NCBI RefSeq assembly: GCF_018977255.1
Contig: NW_024704743.1
Coordinates: 4,280,001-4,344,000 of the forward strand
DNA length: 64,000 nt
Source: Callorhinchus milii
Taxonomy: Eukaryota
Direction: 5' to 3'
Part shown: positions 25,223-40,029 of the stretch, piece after piece
Position numbering within the stretch: position 1 is the first letter of the stretch
How the letters are laid out: each line of letters begins with the position of its first letter
The notes under the pieces: model-generated
Told to the model about the DNA's origin: nothing
Database searches by the model: none
The model's input: the letters and a program-made list of their open reading frames with translations, nothing else
Program-made: the position numbers and the translations under genes

Positions 25223-27219
25223 CTAAAAGAAAACAAAAGTGCATTACACTTTTACAGATAGAATTATTTTCGAATTTTGATAACGGGTTATAAGTAACGT
25301 GTGAAATATTAGCCCAGAGCTTGGCTCTGTCAAAAGTTCTCCTGAGTTTAGCACACAATAGCAGTTTCAACACAGCTTCCCACTACATTTTCTCTTTATT
25401 TCCAGTTTCTCCGCAACTAAGATTTTGAAGTAAAGGTGTTACTCCTACTCACCTCTCTATGTATTAGTGCTCCAACATGCAACGCTAACTTGTCAGAATT
25501 TTAGTTTTAAAGTGAAACGCCATGAAAATACATTATTAAATGCAGTAATCTGGTTCTCTCAAGGACAATTTTCTGGAGCAGTTTGGAATTTAGCCTTGCA
25601 ATTCAACTTGCAAAATTAGAATTCATCCAATCTCTTCTTTTTTAATTAATTTCTCTGCATAGCAATGGGCCGCCAGGTTGTTTTTCCCCAATGCTTTTTC
25701 ACAATTTTCCCACATCAAAACAAAATGACAGATGGGCAATGTCTTGGAAACAACAACAAAATTACATTTGTAAAGTGCCTTTCACGTGGGGAGGACATCC
25801 CAGGGTGCTGAACAGTTAGAGATCAGGACCCGAGCGTGGGTGGCAGGGTTGGGATGAGGCAGAGCAGGGGGGGTAGGAGGGCAGCTGAAGGCACGGCCAA
25901 AAAGGAGAGTCTTGAGTCGTGCCTTGAAGGAAGCAAGAGAGGGAGCGAGGCGAAGGAAGAGATGGAGATTGTGGGATGGAGTTCCAAAGAGTGGGGGCAG
26001 AGAGGCTGAAAGCCCGGCCACCAATGGTAGACCAGGAGCAGGCCAGAGACCGCTGAACGGAGGTTGATAGGGGGTCAGCAGGTCAGAGATGTAGGAGGGG
26101 GCAAAGCTGTGGAGGGCCTTGAAAGTGAGGACGAGGATTTTGAATTCTATCCTCTGAGGGATGGGGAGCCAGTGGAGCCGGGCGAGGGTGAGGATGATCG
26201 GGTTCACGGAGCCTGTTCACAAGGAGGGAGTTTCTGTAGTCAAGCCTTGAGGTGACAAATGCATGTATGAAACTACCAGATAGAAAAATGTAAGAACTGG
26301 AATGGAATATTTTTGTTAGCTTTGCTGTATTGCAGCTTACATACACACAATATAGCCACATATTTAGAATACACTGCATGGTCATTCCGAAGTCATTATA
26401 AATATATGTAACAAAGTGAACTAATTAATCAAGGATTCATCTAGTTCATGGGCACAGCTTATCCGAACCTAAGGGGCAATCAAAGAGGTAGGTCGAGATA
26501 GACCTTGAAAGAGGTGAGGGAAGGGAGACTCTGGGATGGAGTTCCAGAGAGCGGGGGCAGAGAGTGGAGGCCGATGGTGGGGTGAGTAGGGCGGGGGACG
26601 TGAGGCAGGTGATGCCCTCTGAGCGAAGGGATTGGTTAGATCAACAACAACAAAAAAATTACATTTATAGAGCGCCTTTCATGTCGGGAGGACGTCCCAA
26701 AGATCAGTACGGTTTCAGGAGCTCACAGAGGTAGGGCACCATAAGATCATGGAGGGATTTAACTATTCTATAACAATATCGATTCCCTAAAACAGCACTG
26801 CCCAAGCAATTACATTTGATTGAAACTCCTCTATTCACAGGACTGTTTCAAGAGTCACTGATCTTTCGCACTATGGCTGACTGAACCTGATGCCGATTGG
26901 CTTGTGAAAGAAACCCAAAAGCAAACAAGTGAGAAAACAAGAACAACTTGAATTTGTATAGCGCCTTTCACGTCGAGAGGGCATCCCAAAGCAAAGCAGC
27001 ACACACCCAGCAGAGCACTGGAGTGTCAGCTTAGATCATATGAGCTCAAGGTCCTGACGTGGAACTTACACCCTTCTAACGCCAAAGTAACAAGCAATCA
27101 AAAGAATAGCAAAAAAAAACCTAAAAACATACTTTTGGTAATTAATGGCAAAATAAATACATCAATTGCCTCTGTACATTTCATTTTCATCAGTAGTATA
27201 ATAGCTGGAATATACTTAC

Positions 27220-27291
27220 AAGTAGATGATTGAAGACAGGTGTTGAAAAGCTCCATTACCTATTAAGCTTAAATAATTATCACTTATATTC
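27220..27291 (-). CDS. LRRC37-like exon 5 (72-nt LRR)
   Basis: ttttag|..NISDNYLSLIGNGAFQHLSSIIYL|gtaagt, phase 2-2. Confidence 0.9.
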
Positions 27292-27997
27292 CTAAAAGAG
27301 AAAGGGTAAATTGTTAAAAAAAACTATACATATTTTTCTCAATAGGATATATAAATAGGCTGTAAATGTTTTTTCAGAGTTCTGTGGGCACAGCTTTTGT
27401 ACAATGATTCTGTTTCTGCCTGCATTTATTAGCATCTAATTAAAAGTACTTCCTATAAACAAAATGCTGAATTAACATAACAAAAGCTGAGCTCTTTAAT
27501 TTAGTTAAATCTAATCTATTTGATTTCTATTGAAAATCACGTGAAACAAAGGACTTGTGATTTTTGTATCACTTTATTGCATCAAAAACAAGGAATTCAC
27601 AAATTCTATTTTGAAAGCAAACAGAATCAAACAAGGGTGCTACAAAAGCCAGGCCAACAGACAGACAGAAACTCCCTTCTTTTCAAATAGCATCACGGGC
27701 TATTTGATACTGAGCTGAAGAACAAACAAAGCCTTAGTTCACGACTCAAATGAAGGACAACACCTCCAACAATGTAGCACTGCACAGGACTGCATTGGTT
27801 TACGACAAACTGTGCACTAGGGTCTTGACGTGGATTTTGAACCCAATGGCAAGAGTGCCACCAAATGAGCCAAGCTGGCACATGTTACCAATAAGCAAAT
27901 ATGAGTTAAAAATCTGGATTTATTTAGGTGTGTTTTTACGTGAGGCACTTATGCATTTAGCTTCACAACTCGCTTTAACTAAAAGAAAAATACTCAC

Positions 27998-28069
27998 ATG
28001 AAATGCAAGTTTGTTAGCTGACTGAATGCACTAGGCCCTAGTACCAATATATCATTACTGCTCAAATCC
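27998..28069 (-). CDS. LRRC37-like exon 4 (72-nt LRR)
   Basis: caacag|..(L)DLSSNDILVLGPSAFSQLTNLHF(M)|gtgagt, phase 2-2. Confidence 0.9.
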
Positions 28070-29216
28070 CTGTTGAAAAATACAGAAATATACAACTTGT
28101 TACTCAATGTGCACATGAAATCTTGTTCACATAAAAAAGACAAAAGCTGGAAATGCACAGGTTAATCAGCATCTGAAAGAGGACGATAACTAATTTTAGT
28201 GTTACCCTTCAGGTTCAGATTTCCAATATAGTGGAAACATTGTTGAGATGACAATTACAGTCTTATCACAATTGGCATAAAAATACTTGCAAATCAATGT
28301 CAAATATATAGATATTATTAGTTCCCCAATTGTTTGTTCTGTTTTTATTTGCAATGCTTCCATTATTTTATTTTTATTTTCTGGAATAATAAAAAAAATC
28401 CTTGCATTTGATATCGTACGTTTTCCATCAGGAGCACGACTCAAACGTTTCACAGGATTTATTGTGAAGTGCTGTGACTGTATATTATGTAGGCAAACAT
28501 AGAAACTGATTTGCACACAGCAATGTCCCACAAATAGCAACGAAGTGAATGCTCAATTTTATTTGGGGGATTGTTGGTTAGGACACTGGGGTTAACTCCC
28601 TTCTCTTTTCTATTTTTTTAAAACTGAATCTGGGTTCAAAGTCTCATCCAAAGGACAGCCCCTCCAGCAATGCTACGCATCCCCAGTACCGCACTGGAGG
28701 ATCAGCCTAGATTTATATGAGTTCAAAGTCCACAACCTTCTGACTCGGAGGTAAAAATTTTATTATCTGAGTTAGGCCGAGACTTGTGTAGGAATTAAGA
28801 GTGTTTCAAAAGATCCTAGCAACCAATATGTAGAAGAACAAAATCCTTCAAATCCAGTCGTTAACGCTCCTTCAATTTGATTGATGTCACATAACAGCTA
28901 GTCAAGATATACAACAGAACAACCCTTCCCTTTTGACATGTTTTAAAGAGGGAGGGCCACACAGTACAAATATAATCGCAAGGTACAACATGTAGGAAGT
29001 AAGAATAGGAAACACATGTACTCCGATGGATGAAATAGAAGTTGCCAAGAAGGAAGTGGAAATAGATCTAAGGGTGTGAGCTGACTCATCATTCAGCATA
29101 TCAAAACATCAACTTGCATTTTATATTGCGCCCTTCACCCGAGGTAGCGTCTCTCAGTGCTCAATAAAATGATGTACTGCAAACTGCCATGAAATCACCA
29201 TTTTTATCAAGAGATT

Positions 29217-29527
29217 ATAATAATAATCCTTGCATTTGATATAGCGCTTTTCACGTCTTCTTGACATCTCAAAGCGCTTCACAGAATACACTGTAAAGTG
29301 AATTGACCGTATATTTGTGGGCGAACGCGACAGCCAATTGCGCACAGCAGCGTCCCCACAAACAGTCGCGGATTGAAAATGCCCAATTTATTATTGTTCT
29401 GTTTTGGAGGGATTATTATTGGGCGTGTGGAGTAAGGAAACTTGCCCAAGATTTCACCCTGCTGGGAATTGAACCCAGGTGTCTTGCTTGCAAGGCGAGT
29501 GCTCTAACCACTGAGCTACAGGACTCC
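29217..29527 (-). mobile_element. Full-length tRNA-derived SINE
   Basis: Same family motifs. Confidence 0.88.
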
Positions 29528-31824
29528 ACACCTATCGTCACCATATAGTCACCTCACAGAAAGTTTGGCAAAGAATTTTGTCCCATTTTGACATGATAAG
29601 ATGCTATGTCAAATGTAAAGATCATTATTCTGAACTACATGTCACTGGTCAGCCTACACTTGATAAGCTGCTTGCATTTGGGCACTCTGTCCAAAAAGTG
29701 TTGAGTTTGAAATGTTCAAGGAAGAACAATGAGAATGATTCTTGCAAGCTGAGAAAGTGAAATTTATATTTGTGAATGAAAAAAGTAGACCGAGTTTGAA
29801 AAGTGGGTTGGTGAAGAACATTTTGGAAGCTTTGCTTGCCTGCTAGCTTTTTTCGTTGATTGTATTATATATTTTATATTGGTAGGCAAATGTATCAGCC
29901 AATTTCTGCACAGGAATGTGTCACAAGCAGCCATAAAGTTAATTACAACCTTTTTATAATGTACAGAATTGTCAGCCAGGTCACCAGGAGCAACTCCCTC
30001 CTCCTAGAATAATTTATCTTGAGTTATAGTTAAATGTAGCCTATTATTGGATTAACTGTTGACAGCAATTTCACATTGACTGTAAACCTTCATTGAATGA
30101 TCAACCAACCAACCCAATTCACTACTACAGTTTATGAATATGTTCAAAAATTAAATCAAACTTGAATCAATGAATTTGTGTCTTAAGAGTGTGAAAACAT
30201 TTTTAATAGTGCTCTTTTTGATCTATTTGATATGTTGCCTCTTTACAAGTCTGAGGAGAATCTGTCAACCATTAGGAGGACCCACCAGCTGAAAGCTCAG
30301 TTTGTATACTGGATGCAGTAACATATCAATTGTAGTGTAATTGGAAGCTGGCACCAAAGCCTCTGCAGCCTCCAACTACAGCCAGCCAAACCCCACTCTG
30401 TGATGAAATATTGTCATGTCACTCACTGCCCATTTGGGTGAGACCAGACCACAATTTTACCGAAATTTTAAATGGATGGACAAGCTCTGGCCAAAATCTT
30501 TCACTTGAATGCTTTTCATGTATGGCGGAAGTGATGGAGAGCCAGCATCTGTCTATTATGGCTGACGTGCCATTATATCTTTTTGACTCAGCTCGTATAG
30601 TGAATCAACATTTGATCCAGTAACATCTATGGTCTTTTTACTCCTGCTGTTCAATAACATATTAATTGTATTAGACTCAGGATCTCTTGAGTGCTTCCAT
30701 TCACCAGACATCTCATCTTCATATAAATCGTCATTGGGCTGCTCCTCAGAAATCACTGACTTCCTTGCTTTGCAGACTCTAAATCTGGAAGAATTAGCTG
30801 CAGAGACATGAAAGAATTAACTTTGTTAATTAACTTTGAACTACACAGGTAGTGAAAAGTATTTGAGCAATATAACTTTGCCAGAAGATAAAGAAACAGC
30901 AATTGCTTATGGACAATGAATACTCTGCACCAGATTTGCATGAGTACAATAAATACTATTGATAAAGATATTAAAGTAATGGAAAAAAATGATTGTTTCT
31001 TGTAATTAGTATATATTTTTAAAAGATTACTTACCTACCTGGGTAGGTTTTTTTCTCATTCTTCAAGTAGAGGTATTCTCCACACACTGAAGCAGTTTGT
31101 TGGGATCGGACAATTCTGCTGCAGGGAAAAAAGGAACAATGTCCTTCTTTAGATGTTTCTGACATCGATGACATCATGGCATTAGGACGTTGCCCATCCA
31201 ATTTTCCCTGCTCTCACTCATTATAAACGTTGCACTCCAACTCGAGGACCTCAGTTCATTTCGACCTGGACCTCAAAGAGGAAGAAAAAGGGGAATAATA
31301 CTGGATTATACTAACAAGGGACTGAGGTGAAAGCAAGGTGGAGGTCCAGTGCGTGAAGGATGGCTCTCTTTGAAGAATGAAGAAAACTCTTTCAAGTACA
31401 CAATCCCTTTTTGATCCCCAGCATCCTCCACACACTACAGGTGACGTCACAGATTGACCAAGTTGTGCAATTGAGAAGTGAGTCGATGACAGACGAACTT
31501 GGGGAATTATCTGTTGTGTTGTCCTTCAGGATCAGCGTAGAGACTTGTTATTCCTGCACTATCAATACTGTGTCTTGACAGAGGACGATGGAAGCTTGCT
31601 CCCGTCTTATTCATTCATATCACCTAAAAAATGAGCTATTCAGTACAGATAAAGGCCAGTACTTCTATGACAGATATTTCTTCTCTTCCCCTCATGCAAA
31701 AGGGGGAATCGATTACAGTAGATCTTCGAAGGTTACAGTGCCAATCTGCTGTTCCCTTTCAGACCTTCATCAGCTCTTAATTAAATGCATATTATAAAAT
31801 ACCTTTATAAAAAATTGGTCTTTA

Positions 31825-32390
31825 TAAAACACTGGTTAGGCCTCAGCTAGAGTACTGTGTTCAGTTTTGGGTAACACACTTTAGGAAGGATGTCAAGGCA
31901 TTGGAGAGGGTGCAAAGGAGACTTACCAGGATGATACCAGGAATGAGGAACTTCATTTATCAGGAGAGGCGAGAGAAGCTGGAATTATTCTCCTTGGAGC
32001 AGAGAAGGTTAAGAAGAAACTTAATAGAAGTTTTCAAAATTATGAGGGGATTCGATAGGGTGAACAAGGAGAAATTATTTCCACTGGCGGGTGGGTCGGT
32101 AACTCAAGGAAACCGATTTAAATAGTTGTTAAAAGAAACAGAGGGGAGGTGAGGAGACATTTTTTCACACAGTGAGTTGTTCGGATCTGGAATGCATGGC
32201 CTGAAAGGGCGGTGGAAGCCGATTCGATAACAACTTTTAAGAGAGAAGTAGATAATTATTTGCGGAGGACAAGTTTGCAGGGCTGTGGGGAGAGAGCCGG
32301 GGAGTGGGATTGAATTGGATAGCTCTTTTCAAAGAGCTGGCACAGCCACAATGAGCCAAATAGCCTCCTTCTGTGTGTATAATTCTATAT
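31825..32390 (+). mobile_element. CR1-type LINE 3' fragment; other CR1 debris at about 19735-19965, 33880-34380, 35720-36120 (-), 44480-45310, 62640-63050
   Basis: ERVQRRLTRMIPGMR...LELFSLEQRRLRRNLIEVFKIMRGFDRV is typical of the CR1 ORF2 C-terminus. Confidence 0.85.
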
Positions 32391-35300
32391 GTTATTGCAA
32401 TCCATCTATAACAAAACTTGCATGTCTATCCTTATCACATAAGAACTCCCCATTGAGGGGTTTCATTTGCCATCCACTGATCTTGGATTCAGTACTATTG
32501 CATGTGAACCCTAGTACAGGAAAGCATCTATCTCCCAATTAGTACTAATGAATATTTGCTGCTGTGATCAACACTACATTTTGGGTTTAAACTTGACCCA
32601 CCCCCATCAACTCAACAACTTTTGGAAAATATTGACTTCACAGGTTCAATTGAAATCTCATAAACAATTTTGAATCAAAACACCACGAAGAATGCCACAG
32701 ACAAAGAACACAACACTAGTATTGTACTCTGATCTAGTCCTTGCTTGGAACACAAGGTGGGGGAACACAAACACTAATAGACTGTGAAGGGATGACGGGA
32801 TGATGGATGGAAGCTACCATCAATCCTCAAACTGAAAAACGTTGGCCTAATTAATGATTGCCGCAATGCTTTCAACACTGTTGCTCATCGCTGCTTTTTT
32901 ATTTGGTCAGTCAGGTGCCTATTTCTGAATGTGGAAACCCAGCACCATGCTTAAAAATATATACACCAGAGGGAGAATATGTATGCAACCTACTCATGGA
33001 AATGTTTGTTTCTGGAATGGAATGCACGCACACTCTGGACCTAGAGGGACACAGGCTGCTTAACTAATTTTGTAAAATTATCAGGCATAAATTGACAAGA
33101 GCCAAAGCTTGGCAGGTTGTGTGCTGAGGCGTTGCTGGTTGGTTTGCCATCAACGTTTTGAAGTACTGCGATCCCACCTGGCTCAAGAACCGATTACAGA
33201 AACAGAATTTTGACTCAATTCTGACATTCTGTTATCAAACACATCAGCTCGTAGCCAGCTCAGCTCAAGGAGATATTGTTAACGTCCATCCTGAGGAAGA
33301 TTGTCACTGGTTGATCAATTGACATCCAACAAGCACAGGTCTGAGCCCTCAGTAAGTAGGTAGCAGATACTCGGAGCTCCTGTGAGCTTCCTCGTGAACA
33401 GCACCACTCAATACGAAATGTGTGAGAACATTACCACCATCCTCCTGCCTACAGCTTGGAGTTGCTTAACTCTTTACACACCAATCAAGGTGGATACCAA
33501 TCCCTGGATATATGATCGTGTGTCCACATATCTGGACTCCAGGCAATGCCTTCCAGTAGCTGTCATCCCAAGCCTCAATTTCCTCATTATCTACTCGACA
33601 GATATCAAAGTGGGAGGAGATTCTTTAGAATCTATGCAAGAAAGCTTGTGAAGTCCCATCCACCTTACTCTTCTAAGGGTTCAAACACAGGCTTATTCAA
33701 CAACCAACTGCTTAAAACTCATCTGCTCTGCAAGTCCATTAATTTGGACATGGTCTGAGGAATACCTCCTGGATTGTAATCTTGTCGTATGTTATTTACC
33801 TCTGGTAAATTAGCTTCATTGGGGAGAGGGCAGGGAATGAAGGTTACAATTCAGAGAAAGCAGGGCAGGAAAAAAAGTTGCAGGTGACACTAAATTGGGG
33901 GGAACTGTGAAATCAGAGATGGCAACAAAGGGAGCTTGAAAGGGTACACAAATGGTCAGATAACTGACAAATAAGTTTAACACTGATAAATACAAGGTAA
34001 TACATTTAAGATCCAAGAATAGGAAACACAATTATTCCATCACTGGGACTAAACTTGCCAACAGGGAAGCTGAAAAAAGATCTAGGGCTCAAGTTGACTC
34101 ATGCTCACTATGGAAAAACAATGTGAAACAGCAATAAGCAAGGCAAACAGGATATTGGCTATATTACTAAATCAGTTGAATTTAGATCCCCAGTTGAGTT
34201 TAGTTCCCCAGGCTTTACAGTGTTCTGCTCAGATCATATCTTGAATACTGCATACAGTTCTGGTCACCGTGACATAAGGGGGTTGTCTTGGCCCGAGAGA
34301 TGGTGCAGAGGACAGCAATGAGGATTACCCCCAGTTTTAGAGAAATGAGCTACAAGCAACGATTAGACAAGCTAGGCTGCTCATGTGGCTAAAAACAAAT
34401 CTTTGGAATCTTTAGTTTCCTGTGCTCTTTTAATTCCATCAATGTGCTGCTCCTTAACAATATTTTAGATCATAGTGCAATGAGAAGCAGTTCAGACACT
34501 TGGCAGTGCCTACAGCAATTATAAACAGTCCATGTATTGCCTATGAGACAGGAAACAATTAATACTTATTGATTCAATCAGCACCAGTTGGTACATTGAA
34601 AACAAATGTCACAAGTTTAATAAACTGTTTGTGGCATCAAACACAGAAAAGTAAAGCAAATTAATCTAAACTACAAGACACATGACTGAGTACAGAAAGA
34701 ATGGTTCCAGTTTGGGTAAAAACAAATCAATAGGATTATTTCCTTTGTACAGTATAGAGAGTTGTGCAGGGAAATTACATAAATGACAACCCACCATCAT
34801 GATTTCCTGAACATAAAACTGATTTATTAAACCCATCATGCTTCTGCCCATTTTGGAACATATCTGCTATAGCAAACCCTCCTGTGTGGAGGATCCTTGA
34901 AATGGTGAACCACAAGTTTTATTTCATTTCATTCGATCATCTTTATAGGATTTTCCATTTCGAGTTGTTTCTACCATTTCTATGCAGCCACCATAAGCTA
35001 TACTCTTGAAAATGCCCCTTTTGTGATGTGATGTAATGTCAACCCCAAATATAATTAGAATACTTGGGTACTTAAGTACTTGAGCAAAGCGAAAAATATT
35101 TGAATACAGAAAATGGTTGCATATCATTATTAGTTACCACACTGATCATAGAAAATAGGAATATCAATAAGTTTTGATGAGAAACCTTAAATGTTTGCAA
35201 AAATAACAATAATAATAAATACATGTTTTCAGAACAGAGAAACAAACAGGACATAATATTGGTATAGAGAGTACTTTCTCCCAATGTCTTTGGTGGATAA

Positions 35301-38300
35301 AATGCACCAAGAACATCTCCAGTTCAGTCCAGAGCCAGGACAGAGCAAGCTGATCTCAGCCAGGGTGGAAGTAGGGACCTCCATACATGGCTTCATATTC
35401 TCAGGCAAGACAGAGGGTGTAATGACAGATTTCACATTTCTAATAGGACAAGACACCAGAGGACTGTGGTAGTTTATAGCTTGACCACTGCCATGAGTCA
35501 CTGCTGTCAGGAGAGGACATTGGGAAAAATTAATAAATATATAGTGCATTGATATATATAAATAGTGCAGGTTACTCACAAGACTTTCAGCTTCAGTAAT
35601 CCATGCTTTGTCTGAAAAAGATCCCTTTGTATTGCAAACAATCTGTTGTTGCTTACATCACTTTAAGAAAAAGGATAGATTTTAATATGCAGCCTTTTGT
35701 ACAAGTAATTTTACTGTATTTCATAGAATCTTACAGCGCAGAAGGAGGCCATTTGTCCCATCGTGCCTGTGCCGGCTTTTTGAAAGAGCTATCCAACTAG
35801 TCCCACTCCCTCGCTGTTACCCTATATACCTGCAAATGTTTCCGTTTCAAGTACCTATCCAATTCCCTTTTGAAAGCTACTATCGAATCTGCTTCCACCA
35901 GCCTTTCAGGCAGTGCATTTCAGATCGTAACAACTCTGTGGGTAAAAAAAATTCTTCTCTTTTTTTNAGCAAATTATCTTAAATCTGCATCCTCTGGTTG
36001 CCGACCAATTTTTCCCACATAATTTAGAACACTTCTATTAAATCTCCCCTTAATCTTCTCTGCTCTAAGGAGAACAATCCCAGCCATTCTCATCTCTCCA
36101 CATAATTTAAGTCCCTCATCCAAGGTATTTTTAGTGTTTCAACTAAACTTACATAAGTTCAATTTCAGGAGTGTTCTGGAACATATAGTCTGCAATAAAT
36201 CTGATCCGATTATGAGATAAAAACCTGTGAGATAAGAAAAAGCGTGACGGAGTATATATTCTATGACGTTAACCTTCGCCCTACTGAGTAAACAGGAAAA
36301 TTAGCTAAATAAACAATGCAGTTAGAGTTTTAACATTAGCCTTCAATTCAAGCCTGAAAACCAAAAGTATTCTCATTTTAATTTTTTTTTAGCAGCACTG
36401 TAACCGTTTGAAATGACTTCCCGGGATAATAATGATCCTTGCAATTGATATTGGACCTATACAATGTCAAAACATACCAAATCACTTTATAGGGGATTGG
36501 TATCGTAACTCTATCCTTGCAGATGAAGATGGCAGCCAATTAGTATACAGCCATGTCCCAGCAATAACCAACAACAACAATAAGATTACGTTTGTACAGC
36601 GCCTTTCACGTCGGGAGGACATTCCAAGGCGCTGGACAGTGTACAGCATTTCAGACCCGAGCTGAGGTCGGGGGGGAGGAAGGGAGGGGAGGGGAAGGGA
36701 GGGTGGCTGATGGCATGGTCGAAGAGGAGGGTCTTGAGGTAGGACTTGAAGGAGGCTAAAGAGGGGGCGAGGCGGAGTGATTGGGGGATGGAATTCCAAA
36801 GGTTGGGGGCAGAGTGTCTGAAGGCTCTCCCGCCAATGGTGGGGCGGGTGACCAATTCTCATCTGGCAGCTTGTTTGGCAAGGACACTGGGAGAAGCTCT
36901 TTTTGATTATCAACATTAGGTCTCTAATACCTATTTTAACAGATAGACAGGACCTCAGATTAAAATCCCATCCAAATGATGGCACCTTTCAATAAGGTAG
37001 CAGCCTCCCAATGTCAGCTTGGACTATGAAGTCAAAGTCCTGATATGGATGTTGAACCTACTGTCCCAGATGTGAAAGTGCTACCAACTAATGAACTGAT
37101 AACACAAGTTCATAAAACTCTGTACAGATGATTTTTGAAAATCAATTTATTCATTTTTTAAATGAGAAAAACCCCCAAATCATTGCTACATCATAGTTTA
37201 CAAATGAACATTACATAAACACTTGACACTGCTCAGGATCTGTGAAATGGATTGCAACTGCAGGGAGGGAGGGCTCCGGCCTGCAGTGGCTTCAAAGCTG
37301 GCATGTATATTTGCCAAAGCCCCTCACATAAAGACTTGGATTAAGCAGCTGGTGCTGAGTAAACCCAGTTGGTACACAACATTGGACTTGGACCTTGAGA
37401 ACATCAAGGTGACTGGCACACCTGTAAATGTCTTCCCACCACATTGAAGACAGATGTCCGTCAGATAGCTGATGAGGAAATTCTGAGGCTTGGGATGACA
37501 GCTGTTGGAAAACATTACCTGGAGTTCATTCAGATATACAGGGCTTGGAATCCACCTTGATTGGTATGCAAAGTGGTAAGCAGTTGCTGCTCAAGCTGCG
37601 CACCCCCGATCACTCAATGGGTAGGGATGTCTGTCCAAGCTCTTACACATTTCATGCTGAGCTGTGCAAGGAGTTTCTAGTACCTGCCATCTACCAACTG
37701 CAGGCTCAAAACTGTGCTTGTTGATGTTAAATGACCTACTGGTGACTCTTCTCCGTGGGGAGCGGGGAGAGAGGTAAGCAGGATCTCCTTGGCACTAGCG
37801 CTGAACTGGCTCAAGGGTGTCATGCTTTGCAACAGAATGTCAAATAATAATAATATAATAATCCTTGTATTTCATATAGCGAGATGTCTCACAAAATATA
37901 CCGTAAAGTTTATTTTGTGGGCGAAAGGCGGTAGCCAATTGCGCAAAGCAATGCCTCACAAACAGTTGTGGATTATTTTTGTTTTGAAGGAATTATTACC
38001 AGTTCAAGTAAATTTTCTGTTCCTGTCTCACTTGTCCATCCTGAGGCAAAAGGGTCCACAGTACTCCAGGTCACTGCAGATGACATCCAGCCAGCCTGGC
38101 TTATCAGTAGAACTTGGAGGGACAGATCAGTTACTGGCGGCAAGGATTCTTCCCACTCAGCTCGTTAATTACGGAAGCCAAAGCCTAACAAGCGGAGTGA
38201 TCCTAACTGATAAGCAGCAAGAAAGTTTGCCAGATGGTGCTTTCAAGGGCAAGCTATGTGGTTTTTCCTGCTTAAACTTCAACACTACCCCAACACGCAC

Positions 38301-39303
38301 TCTGGTATCCTCAAACCTTGGCTCTTCACAGTTTATGATCAATATTCTCTGGAATCAAATAAACAGGGTGTGTCCCTCCAGGGATAGAGCCCAAATTCCA
38401 TTCCAATACATGGGAATTTCCATGTGTAGGTGGGATGCAAGTTTGATCAAACTGGGTTTGATTTGGATATTCGTAGGCAGGGTGATGGGATTTCCAAATG
38501 CGTCAGACACAAAATAGACCATCATGGTTCCTCTTCTCTGAACCCTCTCTATTATTTCAACGCCTTTTGAAAATAGGGATCTCAAAATTATACAATTCCA
38601 ATTGGAGGCTCACGTGTGATTTATTCCAGGTTAGAATAACTTTTCACAACATATGTAGTCAAAATGTAACCTAATATTTGATTAGCTTAATACAATAATC
38701 ACACCTCAGTACCTTCTGTGCACACCCACCAGAAACTCTGCAAACTCCAGATTTGGAGAAAATACTTTGAGGTAAATCACACAATGAAAGAATGGAGATA
38801 ATTCACATATGTTAGTTGTGTAAGTGGAGTCAATAGAGTAAAATGTAACTAAAGTTCTAAAATGCAGGATTAACATATTTGAGCGCAAATATAATATGAC
38901 AAACATTAAAGATAAAACACAAATCATGAGATAATTTTGGCCTGCGAAAGGGCTGATACTGGCCTGAATAAAATGATGTACTGTATTTGGTATAATCAAA
39001 TTGTGCCTGGGATTATTCCTGCACTGCTGTAGCTTTGATACAATTTGAGAAATATTACATCTATATCAATCCAAGAAAAATGAAAAATGAAATTCAGATA
39101 TTAGTATCTCTGCCTTTCATTCTTCAGGTAAGTTTTACTTTAGTTTGCTTTTTATTTGGAACCTAATTTTTTGGGCCTCATATCAGCTGTACCTATCTAG
39201 TTGCAAAGCAAACCAAATCTCAGAAATCTTTTTAATCGTTCACTTATACAAATCAGAATACTAAACTTAAACATGAAAATAGTAAATAAAACAGGAAACT
39301 TAC

Positions 39304-39375
39304 AAGTATTTCAATTGTGAAAGACCTTCGAAGGTTTCAGGAATCAGATCCGTTATATGGTTCCCTTTTAAATTT
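39304..39375 (-). CDS. LRRC37-like exon 3 (72-nt LRR)
   Basis: ttcag|..(L)NLKGNHITDLIPETFEGLSQLKYL|gtaagt, phase 2-2. Confidence 0.9.
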
Positions 39376-40029
39376 CTGAAAGTACAGACATTTCATAAAT
39401 ATGTATGGACCTTAAGCTGTTCAACATGAGGGGTTTTAGTCAAACTAATAAAAGCTTTAAAATCACCTGTGGACGAGGTAAGAAGTCTAAACCTTTACTC
39501 CACAAAGCTACTTGTCACCACAATATGTAGGAGTTGGAGATAGAGGGAAAGGTGAATTACTGGAGATGTTTGGGTCAAAGAGGAAAGGATTTATCCTCTT
39601 CGAACCCATTGCCATTGACTTCCTCGTACTAGAGTTTCCAAGATTTGCTTTTGATGGAATAGAGAACAGTGAAAATGCCTGGGATGAGTTATTCAGGTGG
39701 AAGATTAATTAACAACTTTACAACTTTTAACTGAACAATTTGAAAAATAGCAATGATGGGCAAAAAATATCTGCTTGTAAGACTGACTGGACAATCACTT
39801 GTCACTCATGCATTTTGGTCAGTTTCATTCGTGAAGTGTTTATATTGCTAGTTATTATATTATATGGCCACAGGGATGTGCTTTCCAGTTTTGTAATACG
39901 TCAGCTCCGTAATCTTGACCATTCACATATCTGTAGTGCTCACAAATATAATGAGCGCAAGAGAGATAAAAAAAAAGTGGAACAGATCAAGTAAGGAAAA
40001 AGACACCGGCCTCTGTGATGAGGCTAAAG

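Noticed and set aside
35960..35975. Single ambiguous base n
   Set aside because: Assembly ambiguity in a poly-T run inside a CR1 fragment; no biological meaning
37789..38517. 242-aa plus-strand ORF
   Set aside because: Runs through a SINE remnant and old repeat sequence; no domain-like features
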